64,000 nt of DNA. Origin: Octopus vulgaris (taxonomy: Eukaryota). Position numbers and translations under genes: made by a program. Within the stretch, counting starts at the first letter, position 1. Each line of letters begins with the position of its first letter. The stretch covers positions 56,606,001-56,670,000 of the forward strand of contig OX597814.1 in assembly GCA_951406725.2 (NCBI GenBank), written 5' to 3'. The notes beneath the pieces were generated by a model. It did no database searches. It saw nothing but the letters and a program-made list of their open reading frames with translations, and was not told where the DNA came from. Below are positions 26,242 through 39,600 of the stretch, in pieces.

Positions 26242-26517
26242 TCTTCACTCATTTATTACTATTCTTATTTTATTACTCTAACTCCTGTCCATTGTCCTGA
26301 AATCTTTCACCACACATCTGTGACCTCTTCAGCAATACTTTTCGTTTTCGTGTGTGTTCTCTCTCCACTTACTCTATTCTCTGGAGTAAGTGGAGCAAGA
26401 ACACACACAAGAATGAAAAGTGTCGCTGAAGAGGTCACAGATGTGTGACGAAAGATTTCTGGACAATGGACATGAGTTTAGAATAAAAAGATAAGAACAG
26501 TAATAAACGAGTGAAGA
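26242..26517. repeat. Long inverted repeat (fold-back) of two Penelope-like LTR copies
   Basis: Arms 26242-26374 and 26384-26517 are reverse complements with scattered mismatches; 9-nt spacer tattctctg. Confidence 0.9.
26421..26465 (+). ncRNA. Minimal type I hammerhead ribozyme-like motif
   Basis: UGUCg-CUGAAGA-g-GUCACA-gaug-UGUGAC-GAAA-gau-UUC-ug-GACA. Both core boxes are intact, stem II has 6 bp, stem III is a quasi-palindromic mini stem, and stem I is short and imperfect. Confidence 0.6.
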
Positions 26518-26654
26518 CAAAATACATTGTGCCTGTGTTGATGTTGCAAAAAAAAAAAAAAGAAAAAAAAAACGACCATCCCGACATAATTTTACATCAG
26601 GAATTTTGCAAAATGAATTCATAAATGCGTGTGTGTATATATATATATATATGT

Positions 26655-27003
26655 GAGTGTGTGGCTGTGCGGTAAGAAGTTTGCTTCCCAACCACGTGAT
26701 TTCAGGTTTAGCCCCATTGTGGGCAAGTGTCTTCTACTTTGGGCTGACCAGAGCTTTGTAAGTGGATTTGGTAGATGGAAACTGAAAGAAACCTGTCATA
26801 CATGTGTGTGTTTGTCCCCCCTCCCCATTGCTGCTTGACAACTGGTGTTGGTGTGTTTATGTCTCCATAGCTTCAGCAATAGAGACTGATAGAAGTAGTA
26901 GGCTTTAAAAAAGCCCTGGGGTTGTTTTGTTTGACTAAAACCCTTCAGTGTGGTGCTCCAGCATGGCCACAATCAAATGACTGAAACAAGTAAAAGAAAA
27001 AGA
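26655..27003 (+). mobile_element. tRNA-derived SINE
   Basis: tggctgtgcggtaagaagtttgcttcccaaccac...gggcaagtgtcttctac...ggaaactgaaagaa...cagcatggccacaatcaaatgactgaaacaagtaaaaga; many copies in the window. Confidence 0.8.
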
Positions 27004-27239
27004 TTTTTTATACACATGTATGTATGGTCATATTTGTACCAATTGTTTATGCATAGATATACTCACTCTCACATGTGCACACACATAAGATAATGACTTG
27101 TTTTTTTATATTTTGGTACAAAATAGAAAAGTACTCACCATGTCCATGTGTTAGAAGTATGAAAGTCTTTTGTGTTTCTCTTGTAAAATTGACTCCAAAG
27201 ATTTTGTGCAGTCAACCTTATGATTTTATGTACTAAATT

Positions 27240-27490
27240 AATAATCATCACCATCATCATGTTCATTATTGCTTAGTGTCCTCTTTTCCATGCTTGAATG
27301 GATTTGGAGGAGTTTGTTGAGGCGGATTTTTTTTTATGTTTGGAAGCCATTACTGCTGCCAACCATCAAATGTTTCCAAGCAAGGTTAAATTTTCTCATA
27401 CCTAAACATGTTGTTCACAGAAGGCTGGAAATGAACAACATTGCCTGCTTGTTTACAACCATTGCATAATCTCAAGACAAGGGTATATGT

Positions 27491-27541
<51 letters not shown>

Positions 27542-27690
27542 AGTTTTTCAGTTTTCATTTACCAAACCCACTGAATGGCTTTGGTTGGCCTAAGGCTATA
27601 ATAGAAGACACTTGCCCCATGTGTCACACAGGCGGACTGAATCCAAGATAGTATGGTTGAGAAGCAACTTACCTATACATTTATGCCTGC
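27240..27690 (-). mobile_element. SINE with RTE-type tail and long (CA)n linker
   Basis: Head as in the 26655 family, (CA)n at ~27493-27537, tail ending (TCA)n. Confidence 0.7.
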
Positions 27691-27878
27691 ACCTCTATGT
27701 AAATAAATAATGATTAAATGGTTTAAATGTTGCTCTTTCAGATAGATATTTGGTCACCTTTGTCACATGTTATGCTCTTAAGTGACTGAGTAGCAACTTG
27801 GGCACTTGTTGGCAAGTTGAAACTAGTTTCAAATTTTCGTTTAGTCTCAGAAGTACTGTAACGTTACTGTGATTATAA

Positions 27879-28410
27879 CAGGGCTGTGGAGTCGAAACAA
27901 AAAACTTTGACTCCAATTCCTGTACTATTAGCACCCCCCGACTCCGATTCTAACTCTGACTCCTCTTTCTGTAATTAAGTGATTGTGGTCTACATATCTC
28001 ATAAAGCATATGCATATGCCTGTACTTTGAGTAGGCCTATATGTTATAACTGATTTATATTTAAAAATAAAGACATTGTGAGTAAGAATCAGAGTCGGTA
28101 TAGTTTTACCGATTTAAGGCGGAGAGCTGGCAGAAACGTTAGCACGTCGGGCAAAATGCTTAGCGGTATTTCGTCTGCCGTTACGTTGTGAGTTCAAATT
28201 CTGCCGAGGTCGACTTTACCTTTCATCCTTTCGGGGTTGATAAATTAAGTACCAGTTACGCACTGAGGTCAATGTAGTCGACTTAATACCTATGTCTGTC
28301 CTTGTTTGTCCCCTCTATGTTTAGCGCCTTGTGGGTAGTAAAGAAATAGGTATAGTTTTACCGATTCTGACTACCCCTTAATTGTTTCTGACTCCGACTC
28401 CACAGCCCTG
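27879..28410. mobile_element. Non-autonomous DNA transposon (superfamily uncertain) containing a SINE
   Basis: 16-bp TIR cagggctgtggagtcg/cgactccacagccctg, subterminal gactcc repeats, flanks attataa/attacaa. Confidence 0.9.
28115..28348 (+). mobile_element. Young full-length tRNA-derived SINE with 18-bp TSD
   Basis: TSD ggtatagttttaccgatt at 28097-28114 and 28349-28366. B box gagttcaaattc; central gccgaggtcgacttt.cctttcatcctttcgggg..gataaattaagtaccag. CpGs retained. Confidence 0.92.
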
Positions 28411-29339
28411 ATTACAACAGTAGTGATCAGTAGTTAAATACTTGTACTCTCCAAGATTGCCCATGTAATGCTATTAGTCAGTCATTCCTCTTTATCGGTT
28501 TTGAATTACGTTTGTAAAGTGATGTGCTGTTCTTCAGATGTCATTAACAAATAACTATTACTCTGGATCAACAAACTTTGGAACTGCTTTTATGTGTATC
28601 AAGATATAGTTAATTGAGATTTTATTTTTTATTTTTACTCCAGTATTGAACTCTCTGTTGGAAGTAATCCCATATTTCATCAATTGCATAGTGTTACTCT
28701 TTGTTCTTGGTTTCACTTCAATGTTTGACATTAGGAAACTTAATAAATCTGGTCATGATCTTCATGAAGCATTGCTCAGATTTATGTTGTTCTTGTTAAA
28801 CATTTGATAGACACTGTGCTGATTCTGGAAATATTTGTTGATAACTAAGAGAAAATTTGCTAAATTATTTTATCTCTTTTGTTGTCATGCTTCTGTTGAA
28901 ATACACTTCTTTTGTTTCAATTACTTTTGAAAATAATTAAGAATTTATTAAGATAACTTTGCCATTATTAAGATGGTGTTAGGAAGAATATAAGTTAATA
29001 TGTTTTTTTAATTAATATGTGTTTTAACTTAGATCAACAAAGAATTTGTATCACAGAGCCAAGAGTTGTTTCAGGCAAGTTGGTATCTATAACAAGATAT
29101 TTTTAATTACATTCCCTTATTTTTAGTGTTTAGGGCAGTTATTAATCATTCTTATTAATAAATATTTTCCTGATAGTGACTGTATGACAGTGGCTTGTTA
29201 CAATACTTTGCAGCTCCTGCTGGTTAGCACTTTCTATTATAGCCTTAGGTTAGCCAAAACATTAATTGAAATTTGGTAGACGAAAATGATATTAAAGTGT
29301 GTCAGAAAGACCATTTCTGTTCTTTGCTAGTGGACTTGA

Positions 29340-29552
29340 TACTTCAGCATTCAAATTATTTTGTCAAATGTAATGCATATTTATTCATATTGTTTTGAAT
29401 TAATCATGCATTATCTTGTAGCTTTGAGAGTTTGATGATTGATTGTTTATTTTTAAAATGACATTGTAGGATTGGTGTGAGAGGCCAGTCGGGTCAGTTT
29501 GAACATAGGTAAAATATTTGGGTTGGTTATGACTAGTTTAAATGCTAAAGGG
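29340..29552. mobile_element. piggyBac-type MITE family A
   Basis: Right end aatgctaaaggg-TTAA; left end decayed. Confidence 0.75.
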
Positions 29553-29686
29553 TTAATCTATTTCCTGGTTTAACATTTCCTCCTAATCTTTGGATCCTTT
29601 GACTGGAGTCTGCTCTCTTGTAAGCATTTAGTCTTAGACTCCAGTTTGATGATAATTTCCTCTCCTTTTTGACTAAGTGGTTCTTT

Positions 29687-30330
29687 TATCCTTTACTTGT
29701 TTTAGTAATAGGACTGCGACCATGCTGGGGCACCGTCTTGAAGGGTTTAGTCAAACGAATTGGCCCCAGTACTGCTAAGTTATGGAGATTGTCAAGCAGA
29801 GTAGAATGGAGTGGAGGGACAAACATGAAGACCACCTCCCCACTTGTATATGTGACAAGCTTCTGCACAAATTCCATCTACTAAAATAACTCACAAGACT
29901 TTAGTTGGCCCAGGGTTATATTTGAAGACACACACATTTAACACCCACTTTTTCTTGCTTGCATGGGTCAGATGAAATTTGTTGAAGCAGACTTTCTGTA
30001 GTTAGTTGCCCTTCCCATTGCCAACCCCCACCTCATTCCAAGCAAAGTAATATTTTCCCATATCTAAACATGTTTTTCACAGAAGACTGGAAAAAAACAA
30101 CCTCATTTGTATGACTATCTCATTTACATGACGTCTAGACAAGGATACATACAAACAGAGAGAGAGAGAAGGGGGCTTCTTTCAGTTCTGTCTACCATAT
30201 CTGCTCACAAAGCTTTGGTTAACCCAGAACTATAGAGTAGAAGACACTTGCTCAAGGTGGTATGCACAGGGACTGAACCCAAGACCCCATGACTATGTGG
30301 CATGCTTCTTAATCAGATAGTCATCACTGC
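29687..30330 (-). mobile_element. Two adjacent SINE copies (standard tail and RTE-type tail)
   Basis: Similarity to the 26655 and 27240 families. Confidence 0.65.
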
Positions 30331-30550
30331 ATCTATAACCACAAGATAACCAGTTGAAACTAGTCTAGACTGTTCTTGGGTTCAACCTGCAGAGCAACCC
30401 TATGATTTAATTATAAAAGTTCATTTATAGAAAGAGTCCAAGAGTTTGTTTATTAAACCTATGTAAGGGGAGGTGGGAGATTAACAATTTGTATTCTTTT
30501 GTAACAACTAATTTTCTAGAAGTTCAGGCTACTATATGATGTAAAATAAT

Positions 30551-30778
30551 TTAATCCTTTTGTTACCATGTTTCTGTTGGCATAAAATGTTTTCACTTTA
30601 ATTAATTTTTTAAAATAATGAAAAGTTTAGTAAAATAACTTTCTCATTATTAAGTTGGTGTCTGGAAAAAATTAACATGCTGTTTTGATGGAAGATTATA
30701 ATTTAGATCACTTTAGAAGAGTAAATTTGTGTCATAGAGCCAGGGTGATCTCAAGTGGGTTGGTATCAAAAGTGTTAA
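30551..30778. mobile_element. TTAA-flanked MITE family B
   Basis: ttaa-tccttttgttacca...tggtatcaaaagtg-ttaa. Confidence 0.75.
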
Positions 30779-31714
30779 TAAAGATGGTGTGTATGTTATT
30801 GTTTTAAAATTTCGATATCACAATAACTTCAAGATTTAGTAAGAAGCTTTTCATTGTGCAGGAAAGCAAGACACACACCTCTTAGTTTCCATAGAGAAAT
30901 TCGATATTTTTAACCTATCTGATTGGTATTATGAAAAAACTGTGACTTATCTATATTGATAGTTTAAGCAGATGTTTTGAATTTACATTTTCAAATTACA
31001 TATTAGTCTGGAAAATTGCTCTTACACTGTAAAAGACTTTGGGGTTCCCAAATTGCGTAGATGTTTGTTTTCTTCAGTTATATCATTTCTGATTAGCTTT
31101 TTAACATTTCTATGTTTTTCTTTTCTTTTCTTTCTTCTTGCCAAAGATAGTTCACTTTTATTTTAACATTAGCTGTTTGCATTAATTAGTTGAGCTTAAT
31201 TGATTAAGCGAATACCAAACACAACTGGGATATAGCTCAAACACTGACAAAATAGATTTGTGAGATAACACTTATAGAAAGAAAAAAAAAATCGACTTAA
31301 TACAGAAATGCTTAGCAACTGTATAGTATTAGAGCTATGTATTCAGTTTTCTGTTGTTGTTGCTGTTCTTGTACCTTAAAAGAAGACAGTCTTAATTGGA
31401 AAATAAAGAAGGAAAGAGAGTAGAAATAATTTTATTTTTGTTTCTTTTTTAAATTTCAAGTTTGATGCATTGAAAGGTAGAATATGAGTGGGTGCTTTCA
31501 CAAATATTCTCAAACACTTGCAGAATCTGTGAAATTTTCACTATCACAAATATTTTAGTTATTTTTTCAAATATTTTTTTTCTTTCTGTTTAAATTATTA
31601 CTGTTGCATGGTAGTCTAAAGCATAGTATCTTCTTTCAAGAAGAGTGAATGATAAAATTCTAGAACCATCTCAAATATGTGGGAATGTCTTAAAATGTAA
31701 TAATAATGATAGTA

Positions 31715-32260
31715 ATGGTTTCAAATTTTGGTACAAAGCCAGCAAGTTTGGGTGAGAGGATAAGTCATTTACATTGACGCCAGTACTCAACTGGTACTTA
31801 TTTCATCAACCCTGAAAGGATGACGGAGTTTGAACTCAGAACATAAAGCCAGTTGAAATGTTGCTATGCATTTTACCTGGTGTGCTAATGATTCTGTCAG
31901 CTTGCTAATAATAATAATAATGATAATTTCAAATTTTGGCACAAAGCCAGCAAATTTGGGGGAGCTGGTAAGCTGATAGCATTAATCCCAATGCTCAACT
32001 GGTACTCTTTTTATTGATCCTGAAAGAATGAAAGGCAATGTTGACCTTGGTTGAATTTGAACTCAGAATGTGAAGGCAGATGAAATATCACTAAGCATTT
32101 TGCCCGGCATACTAATGATTCTGCCAACTTGCTGCCTTAACAATGCTAATAATCCTTTCTACTGCAGGCACAAGGCCTGAACTTTTTGGTGTGGGGGTTG
32201 ATTACATCAACCTCAGTGCTCAACTGGTATTTTCTTATTTTTATTTTATCAACCCTGATC
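31715..32260 (-). mobile_element. Three head-to-tail SINEs of the 28115-type family
   Basis: Repeated tttcaaattttggcacaaagccagcaa...ctcaactggtact...gaatttgaactcagaa units separated by (AAT)n. Confidence 0.8.
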
Positions 32261-35200
32261 CAGCTTCACCAGCTGAGACTTCTAGAAAACATAAATCCAC
32301 TAGTAGTTTTCTGCTCTTTTATTTCTTTTTCTTTTGGCCTTTATTTAAATGCATAAATAGCTTTCTGTTTTAGAGTTGAGATTTCTTTTCCACTTAATAT
32401 TCATAAGTTAACAAGCTTCTGATCATTATTGGTATATCCCTGGGATAAGTGTTATTTTTAGTGATATACTTGCACAATTTAATGACTTTGTGTGCCCTTG
32501 GTTCTGTTTCTGAGGCTAGTGTGACACTGTTGGCATTTCATCAAACAATAAGTTTAAGGTTAAAACAAAAAAATAAAACCAATATTAGGAAAGTAAAAAA
32601 TAGTAATAAAAAAACCAGATGAAAATCATTCTCTCTGATTCACTTAGAAGAAAATACTTCTTTTGTTTGCTAATAATTACTTTAACCAGTGGATTAGTCT
32701 GACCTTACTGACCTTCTGCTGGGTTAACTGGTTAGTTTTACATCATAGACTTAATTTTTGTTTGTTGATTTTCTCTATTTTGCTTTCAGTTATGGTTTAT
32801 ATAATTCTAATTACTTCTAAGCTGTAATTACAATACAGGAACCACAGGATCCTATAGATCAAAAGTTTACAAAATTTTTCATAGTGTTCTCATCAGTTCT
32901 GTTTTGGAGCTTTTCATGCATTTACATACATATGTATACATCTGTATGTTTATATTTTTTCTATCCACTTTGTATTGGCAGACTAATATATCTGATTTTC
33001 TTTGAAAGAATATTAATATCTTTATGAAACTAGTATGGAATTTAATTTAGTAATTCAGATTTGAAAGTCCTTTTGAATTTTGTTTTTGTTAATCTGACTA
33101 CCATATAAACATTTCTCATTTGATATTTTCTTCTATTAAGCATATATGTGAAAATATATTTAATATTTTTAATAGATTAGCTTGCTTTTAATATAATTTA
33201 AACCTTGCTGTTCAGTAACATTGTGTTTATGACCCCAAATCTGTTTGATAAGTGAAGAGTCAACAACCTTGCAACTAGTTTTGAAATTTATGAGCTTCAT
33301 CAAGTGAAAGTACATTAGAGCATTTGCTTTTTGATAGCTCTACACTTTGATAATTTCATTGAAGTGGTGTTCTACACTTCTGTTTCACTATGAAGCCCAT
33401 AAACTGAAAATATTCTTGGAATTGTCACAATGGGCTTACTTAAAATAATTAAGGTTAAAATATCAAATATTTTTTTGAACCAAGACTAAATGTATTCTAA
33501 GCATAAATTTGCATATTATTGTTTATTTCTATTATTATTATTGAGCATTGGAAGGCCAGGAGCTGAACTGTTACTGTACCAGACAAATTACTTAGCAACA
33601 TTTTTTTTTTCTGACTTTACATTCTAAGTTCAAATGCTGCCATGATTGACTTTGCCTTTCATCTTTTGGGGTTGATAAAATAAGGGCCAGTTGAACTCTG
33701 AAACTGATATCAACTTAGCTCTTCCCCTAAAATTACTGGCCTTTGGTCAAAATTTGAGACCTTCAACAAGGCTGCAGTCAAAGGACTGAAATAAGTAAAA
33801 TGTAAAAAAAATTGCTTACTATTACTGGGATGTTCATTTCATCATCATCATCATATAGTATTTGCTTTTCCATGGGTCTGAGGAGATTTGTTGAGGTAGA
33901 TTTACTATGGCTGGTTGACCTTCTTGTAACCAACCTTCATCTGTTTCCAACTAAGATAATATTTCTCATGGTCAGATATGTTTTTTCATGGAAGATTGGA
34001 AAAGAACAATATTGTTTGTATGATGGTGATATTTGTTTACAACCATCACCTGATATAATTACATAGACGCACAAACATGACAGCTTCCTTCAGTTTGTCT
34101 AGAAAAATCCAGTCACAAAACATTTGGTTGGCCCAGGGCTATAGTAGAAAATACTTACTCAGGGTGCCAGATTGTGGAACTGAACCTGAGACTGCATGGT
34201 TTAGAAGAGCAAGCTTCTTAATAACTACACAGCCACACATGTGTATTAGCCAAAACAGTTGACACTGCCCACTTACAATGTCTTCTTATCTTAGTATTGA
34301 AAAAGGTTTGACTTCTACCTTATCCTGGCCTAACTACAGCCAAAGAAAGTTTTCTGGAGAAGTAACCAATGTTATTATTGGGAATGAGGCATAAGTGAAT
34401 CTGAAAACCACCCAGTTTTGGTAACATGTTAGTGCTAATAATTATGATTTTTTGTTTGGATTTGTTTTAGTTCGTTTTTAAAAATTAGAAAAATTATTTT
34501 CATCAAAGCTGGTTGTTTTAAAGAATTCATAACCAACTATTAGGTGGCTGGCATTAGGAAGTGCATTCAACTGTAGAAACCATGCCAAAATCGACACCAG
34601 AGCTTGATGCAGCTCCCTGTCAAATTGTCTAGCTCCTATCAGCATTGGGAAATAATTGTTAAATGATGATAATGGATGTAGTATCCTTCTGATTTAATTG
34701 TAGTTGGTGATTTACATGTTTACCTTGTCCCTAGCACAGACACTTATTTTCAATGGTTCGAGGTGTTTACATGAAAAATAGGTGTACTACTGTAGACAGT
34801 GTGATCAATATATAAACTGAAGAGTATTTCAAAAGTACACAGTGCTGAGCTTTAGTTGTTCCTTGGGCCTATGAAAGGCAACAAGAATTTAACTTTGACT
34901 TTTTTTTCTGATTTGTGATTTACGATCCTTGAATTGGTAAACGTTATTAATATACACTATTTATTACTCCTATCTCCCTGTTTGTGATTTCTCATTCAAC
35001 TCTTTTGGTTTGGTAAGTACAAGGCCAGTTACTTTCTCTAAGTAAGAGGTTGTGTGGTCAGTTGAATACACTCGTCTAGAATACTGGCATTAAACAACTC
35101 CAAGGAAATGGAAGGCATAATCTTGAGTGATAAAACTAATTCCTATATGTAAAGAAGTGAGAGGTGCTCTACATATGCTCTACTCTATCTTAAATTGTGA

Positions 35201-36029
35201 TTGTGTTTGTGTCTGTAAAAACATCAATTTATAGTAGTTATTATGTTACATCACTGAAGTCTGTAATACTGTATTCCTCTAAAGATAAGCAAGATGTCTA
35301 ATAAATCTTAGTAGTATTTTGTTACAATATGGTGTAAGAATATGAAAAAAAATATTTGGTAAAAAGTCATCTTGTCAGACTGCAGAATAATGGACTCGCT
35401 TTTCATTTTCTTTATAAAGAAAAGAGACCATTTATATGAATATTGATCCATGCTTGATCTAATATAATTATTTCTTAGTGTTTCTTTTACTGAATATTCT
35501 TCATAGTTTCTTTCATAGAGAGATTAACTTTTTTTCCTTTCTTTTATTTCTTTAAATAATCATAATGTTGTCCAGGACATTTTCTTTCATTTTCCTGTCT
35601 TTTTCTAATGTTCTTTGAAATGCTTTAGAATTATCTTTGCGCCACAAAAAGATGATGGGTTGAACACAATGCAAAGGTCCATAACTATGATAATTTACTA
35701 GCATCAAAATAATACAGAAACAGTGTCTGACACATGATTGATAGTTGTTATTTATCGGAAAGGATATCAGCTTGCCGAGGTTTCTTTTGATTTTAGTATA
35801 GTTGCAGTTTTCTTGTTTTCTAGAGACTTCGGTAGGAAAGTTAGATGTAGCTTGACAAGCTAATTTTCTTTAAATTTTTCATTTACTGATTTCTTAAATA
35901 AGTCTAAATTTCATTTTGTGTAGAGCAAAGGTGTTAATAAATTCAATTCCAGTATATTACTGAAAATAATTCTAATCATTTCAGAAGTGTAAAAGATAAA
36001 AATAATAATGATGTTTATGATGATATTAA

Positions 36030-36690
36030 TTTCTAATTTAGGCACAAGTCCAGCTGTTTTAACAGTGAGGGTTAGTTGATTACATCAGTTTCAGTACTGG
36101 ATTGGTACTTTATTCTACTGATGCCAGAAGGATAAAAGACAGAATTTAAACTCAGAACATAAAGAACTGGAATGACAATACTAATACTACTGATGGTGAT
36201 GATAGCTTCAAAAAAAAAAAGAAAAAAAAAAGAGAAAAACAAAAAAAAGAAAATGAACAAAATCATAAATTAACCATCACCATATTTGAAATAATAATAA
36301 TGAAATGGTCATATGTTAGAGAAGAATGGTTAAAGTGTTAGACAAAATACATTTCTTTGCATTCTGAGTTTAAATCCCATCCCAGATTGACTTAGCTTTC
36401 CATCATTATTGATAAAATAATTATCAGCCAAGTACTGAATGTTGGTGTTAGTGAGAGGGTGTTAATATTAATTTCAAATTTTGATGCAAAGCCAGCAATT
36501 TCAGTGGAGAGAGGTAAGTTGATTACATTGACCCTAGTAATCAACATGGTCCTTATTTTATTGACCCCGAAGGGATGAAAGGCAAAGTTGACCTCAGCAG
36601 AATTTGAACTTAGACTGTAAAGATGGGATGAAATGCTACTAACCATTTTGCCTGAGATGCTAATGATTCTGTCAGCTTACTGAGGGCAAT
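36030..36690. mobile_element. Cluster of decayed SINEs (28115-type) in both orientations
   Basis: Minus copies at ~36030-36180 and ~36470-36680; plus fragment at ~36310-36450. Confidence 0.6.
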
Positions 36691-39600
36691 AATGTTGATT
36701 ATACTTTTTGCTGGTGGTGCCCCAGAATAGTCTCATTCACTCAAACTAGTAAACGTAAATTATAGAATGCAATGAGCCCAGTGTTCTACTGCCATGCATG
36801 TTCCCCTTATGATTTTAAAATTTGCTAAAATTGGATAGGTCAAAAAGAACTATAGTCAATAAATTTATGCTCTAGGTATTAATTTTATGTCATAATCATT
36901 GAAATCTCATGATTGTAGGGTACACTACAACTACTGAGGGTTAAAGTGCTAGATTATTCACTATATGATCATAAGTTCAGATTTTCCTTCAGCTGTTTCA
37001 TCATGCCATTTAATTAGCTACATAATCATGCTTAGTTCAACTTACATGACTTTGTGGGTGGGGGAAAATTCCACTCCTATCTCACAGGGTAGTGATTATT
37101 GCTGTTTGAGCAAACCTGCTAAAACCACTACAATCAAAAATGTTCCAGCACTCCTAAATCTTTTGTGAGATTTTATTGAGAGCAGTACTATGTTGCATCA
37201 CCAAAGTCTTCAGCTTCAGTTTTATTTCTTTAATGCCAAAATATGAAGTTGGTTATCAGGAGTGTCAACTGTTTCAACCAACCATTAGATTTGATATTTC
37301 AAACATTTTATATCATTTTAGTTTTGTCTGAAGATCCATAATAGTTTCACAAATATTCCTCAAATAGTTTTGTTTTTACATGCTCCAACTAGGTTTAGCC
37401 AAATGGAAATATATTTAGTTACTTTTTTTTTTCTTGGCAGTTTCTTGCTTCTCTGCAGTAACTGTGCAATACAGTATTAACATCTTGGTTTGCTTTATTA
37501 TGTAGAGCTGTTGCATTGTAGCTTATTCAACTTTACCTGTTTAAGTTTTGTTTTGTGTGTGTGTATGCGAGCATGTATGCATATATATCTTTTTTCTTTT
37601 AGCTTACATATTTTCAGCATCAGTCTGCAAATATACTGACATCTGAAATTCTTCCTTTGCATCTAAGCTGGTAAATTTCTCAGCCTTTATACCAACTGAC
37701 AAATGTGTGGATTTCTTCTCTGTATCGGGTTTATCACAGCTAATGTTTACAATCTTATCTATTGAAATGAGAGTTTTGATTTATCTACCAGAACTTCCAC
37801 CTGGTCTATTAATTTTTGCTTTAGTTTTCCTGTCTCGGGGATTAGAGTAGATAAAGCTTTTTGCAACACTAAATAATGACATTATTTATAATAATTTTTT
37901 AAACTTTCTTTCATTAACATCATTATCTATACTGTTCTTGTGAAAAATATACTCTAAAAAATAACATCATTAGAACTTTAGTGTAGTTTTGGATTGACCA
38001 AAAACTGGGATAAGTTTTCTCCATCTTAATGTTTTGTGATAGGCATAAGTAATCCTTAAGTAATGTTATATTTGACATTCAAGTGATATTTTATTTTTAA
38101 CAATATAAAAATGTTTTCCTTTTATATAACACTCTCTATTTTGTTTTTAATTGTCAATATCTTATGATACTTTCCTTATTAATCTTATGATGTGCATTTA
38201 TATATATATAAAGAAAAAAAAAACTTATTATAAATGAATGTAAATTTCATGGCTAATAGGTGAAATGGTAAAGTGTTGCCTGGTGTTGGAAATTGAGGTG
38301 TAAAAGTGGAAAGAATGATATGGTTAATGTGCAATGTCAAAATGATCAAAAACCAGATAAGCTAATTACTTTTAGGTGTGTTAATCTTCATACTATAATA
38401 GATTCACTTTTTTTAATGACCTATTAATCAGTTTATCATCAGTTAAACTTACCATAACTTAGAATCCTTTTATAATTCATGTTGTTTCATTAATAATCTA
38501 AAATTCTGAAACCTGTTATATTCCCCTCTCTCTATAATAAACATTACTTCACATTAAAAGTTAATGAAAGCAAATCAGCTGATTGTGTTGCATAATAAAC
38601 ATATTGTAATGTTAGTTATGTAAGGTTAACTTCCAACAATAGGTCTTTTATTAAGCTGTTAGCATTGGAATAAATGACAAGGAGTTTGTGTTTTGAATAA
38701 TAATCACTGTAATAGTGTTGAAATGGTGTCTTTAGTATTTCACATATTATTAGGGCTACATGTAAAGTATTTTGTAGATAAGCTAGCCAGTTTCAGGGTA
38801 TTTTTCTTTTTTGGCACTCTGCCTCTCTATTTCCCTTGAGAGATTTATTCTCATTTATGTTTGATAAAGTCACTGTTAAGATTGTTGTCTTATTCATTTG
38901 TAAATACTTGATATTTATTCAACTTTGGTAATATACTAATTCCTTATTTGCTAATAAAGATCTGGTGTCCTCCGCTGACAACTTAAATCTCTTCCACAAT
39001 AGCTTCATTTATTTAAGTGCCAAGGTCTTCCAAAGGTAAAATTGTTGCTGTGTGGCATACAACCAGTGGATGTACTGTACATTTTTCTCATTCATTTCTG
39101 TTATTGAGTATTTTGCATCTAATAAAGGGCCTAGTCATTGCACTGTTATTATTATTATTATCAATGGTTGGCTTATATCTGTTCAACACCGTCATTTGGT
39201 TTATATGTACTTAGATCAGAATCTACTCTGTTGTACCAGGTTTCTAGTCTGAGAAGAATTATCTACCGCCAGTCATCATATGCCCTGGGGAAAAAAGGTC
39301 ATTAATGCTGTCCCTCGTTTGACAAAGTCAAAGAGGAAAGAAAAAAAAACAAAACAAAACAAAAAAACAATGAAGCTTGTTTTCATATCTACATTATGAG
39401 TTGCTAATGTAACAGTTTGTGTGTGTGTGTGTTTTCTACAGTTTTTAGAGGTTGTTATCAACAAGACATTGTTGAAACACTGTACGGATTTAGGCTTTAA
39501 ACTAAGTTCATTCCCTATCTAAAAATACTCAAGGAGAATTAAATGTCATTTGAGTTTGACTCAATTTCAACATATCACGCGTGCACGTGCATACACACAC

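Noticed and set aside
37590-37680. Possible cassette exon (ttttcag...ctg|gtaaat)
   Set aside because: Such signals are frequent by chance in T-rich DNA; no coding similarity or other support.
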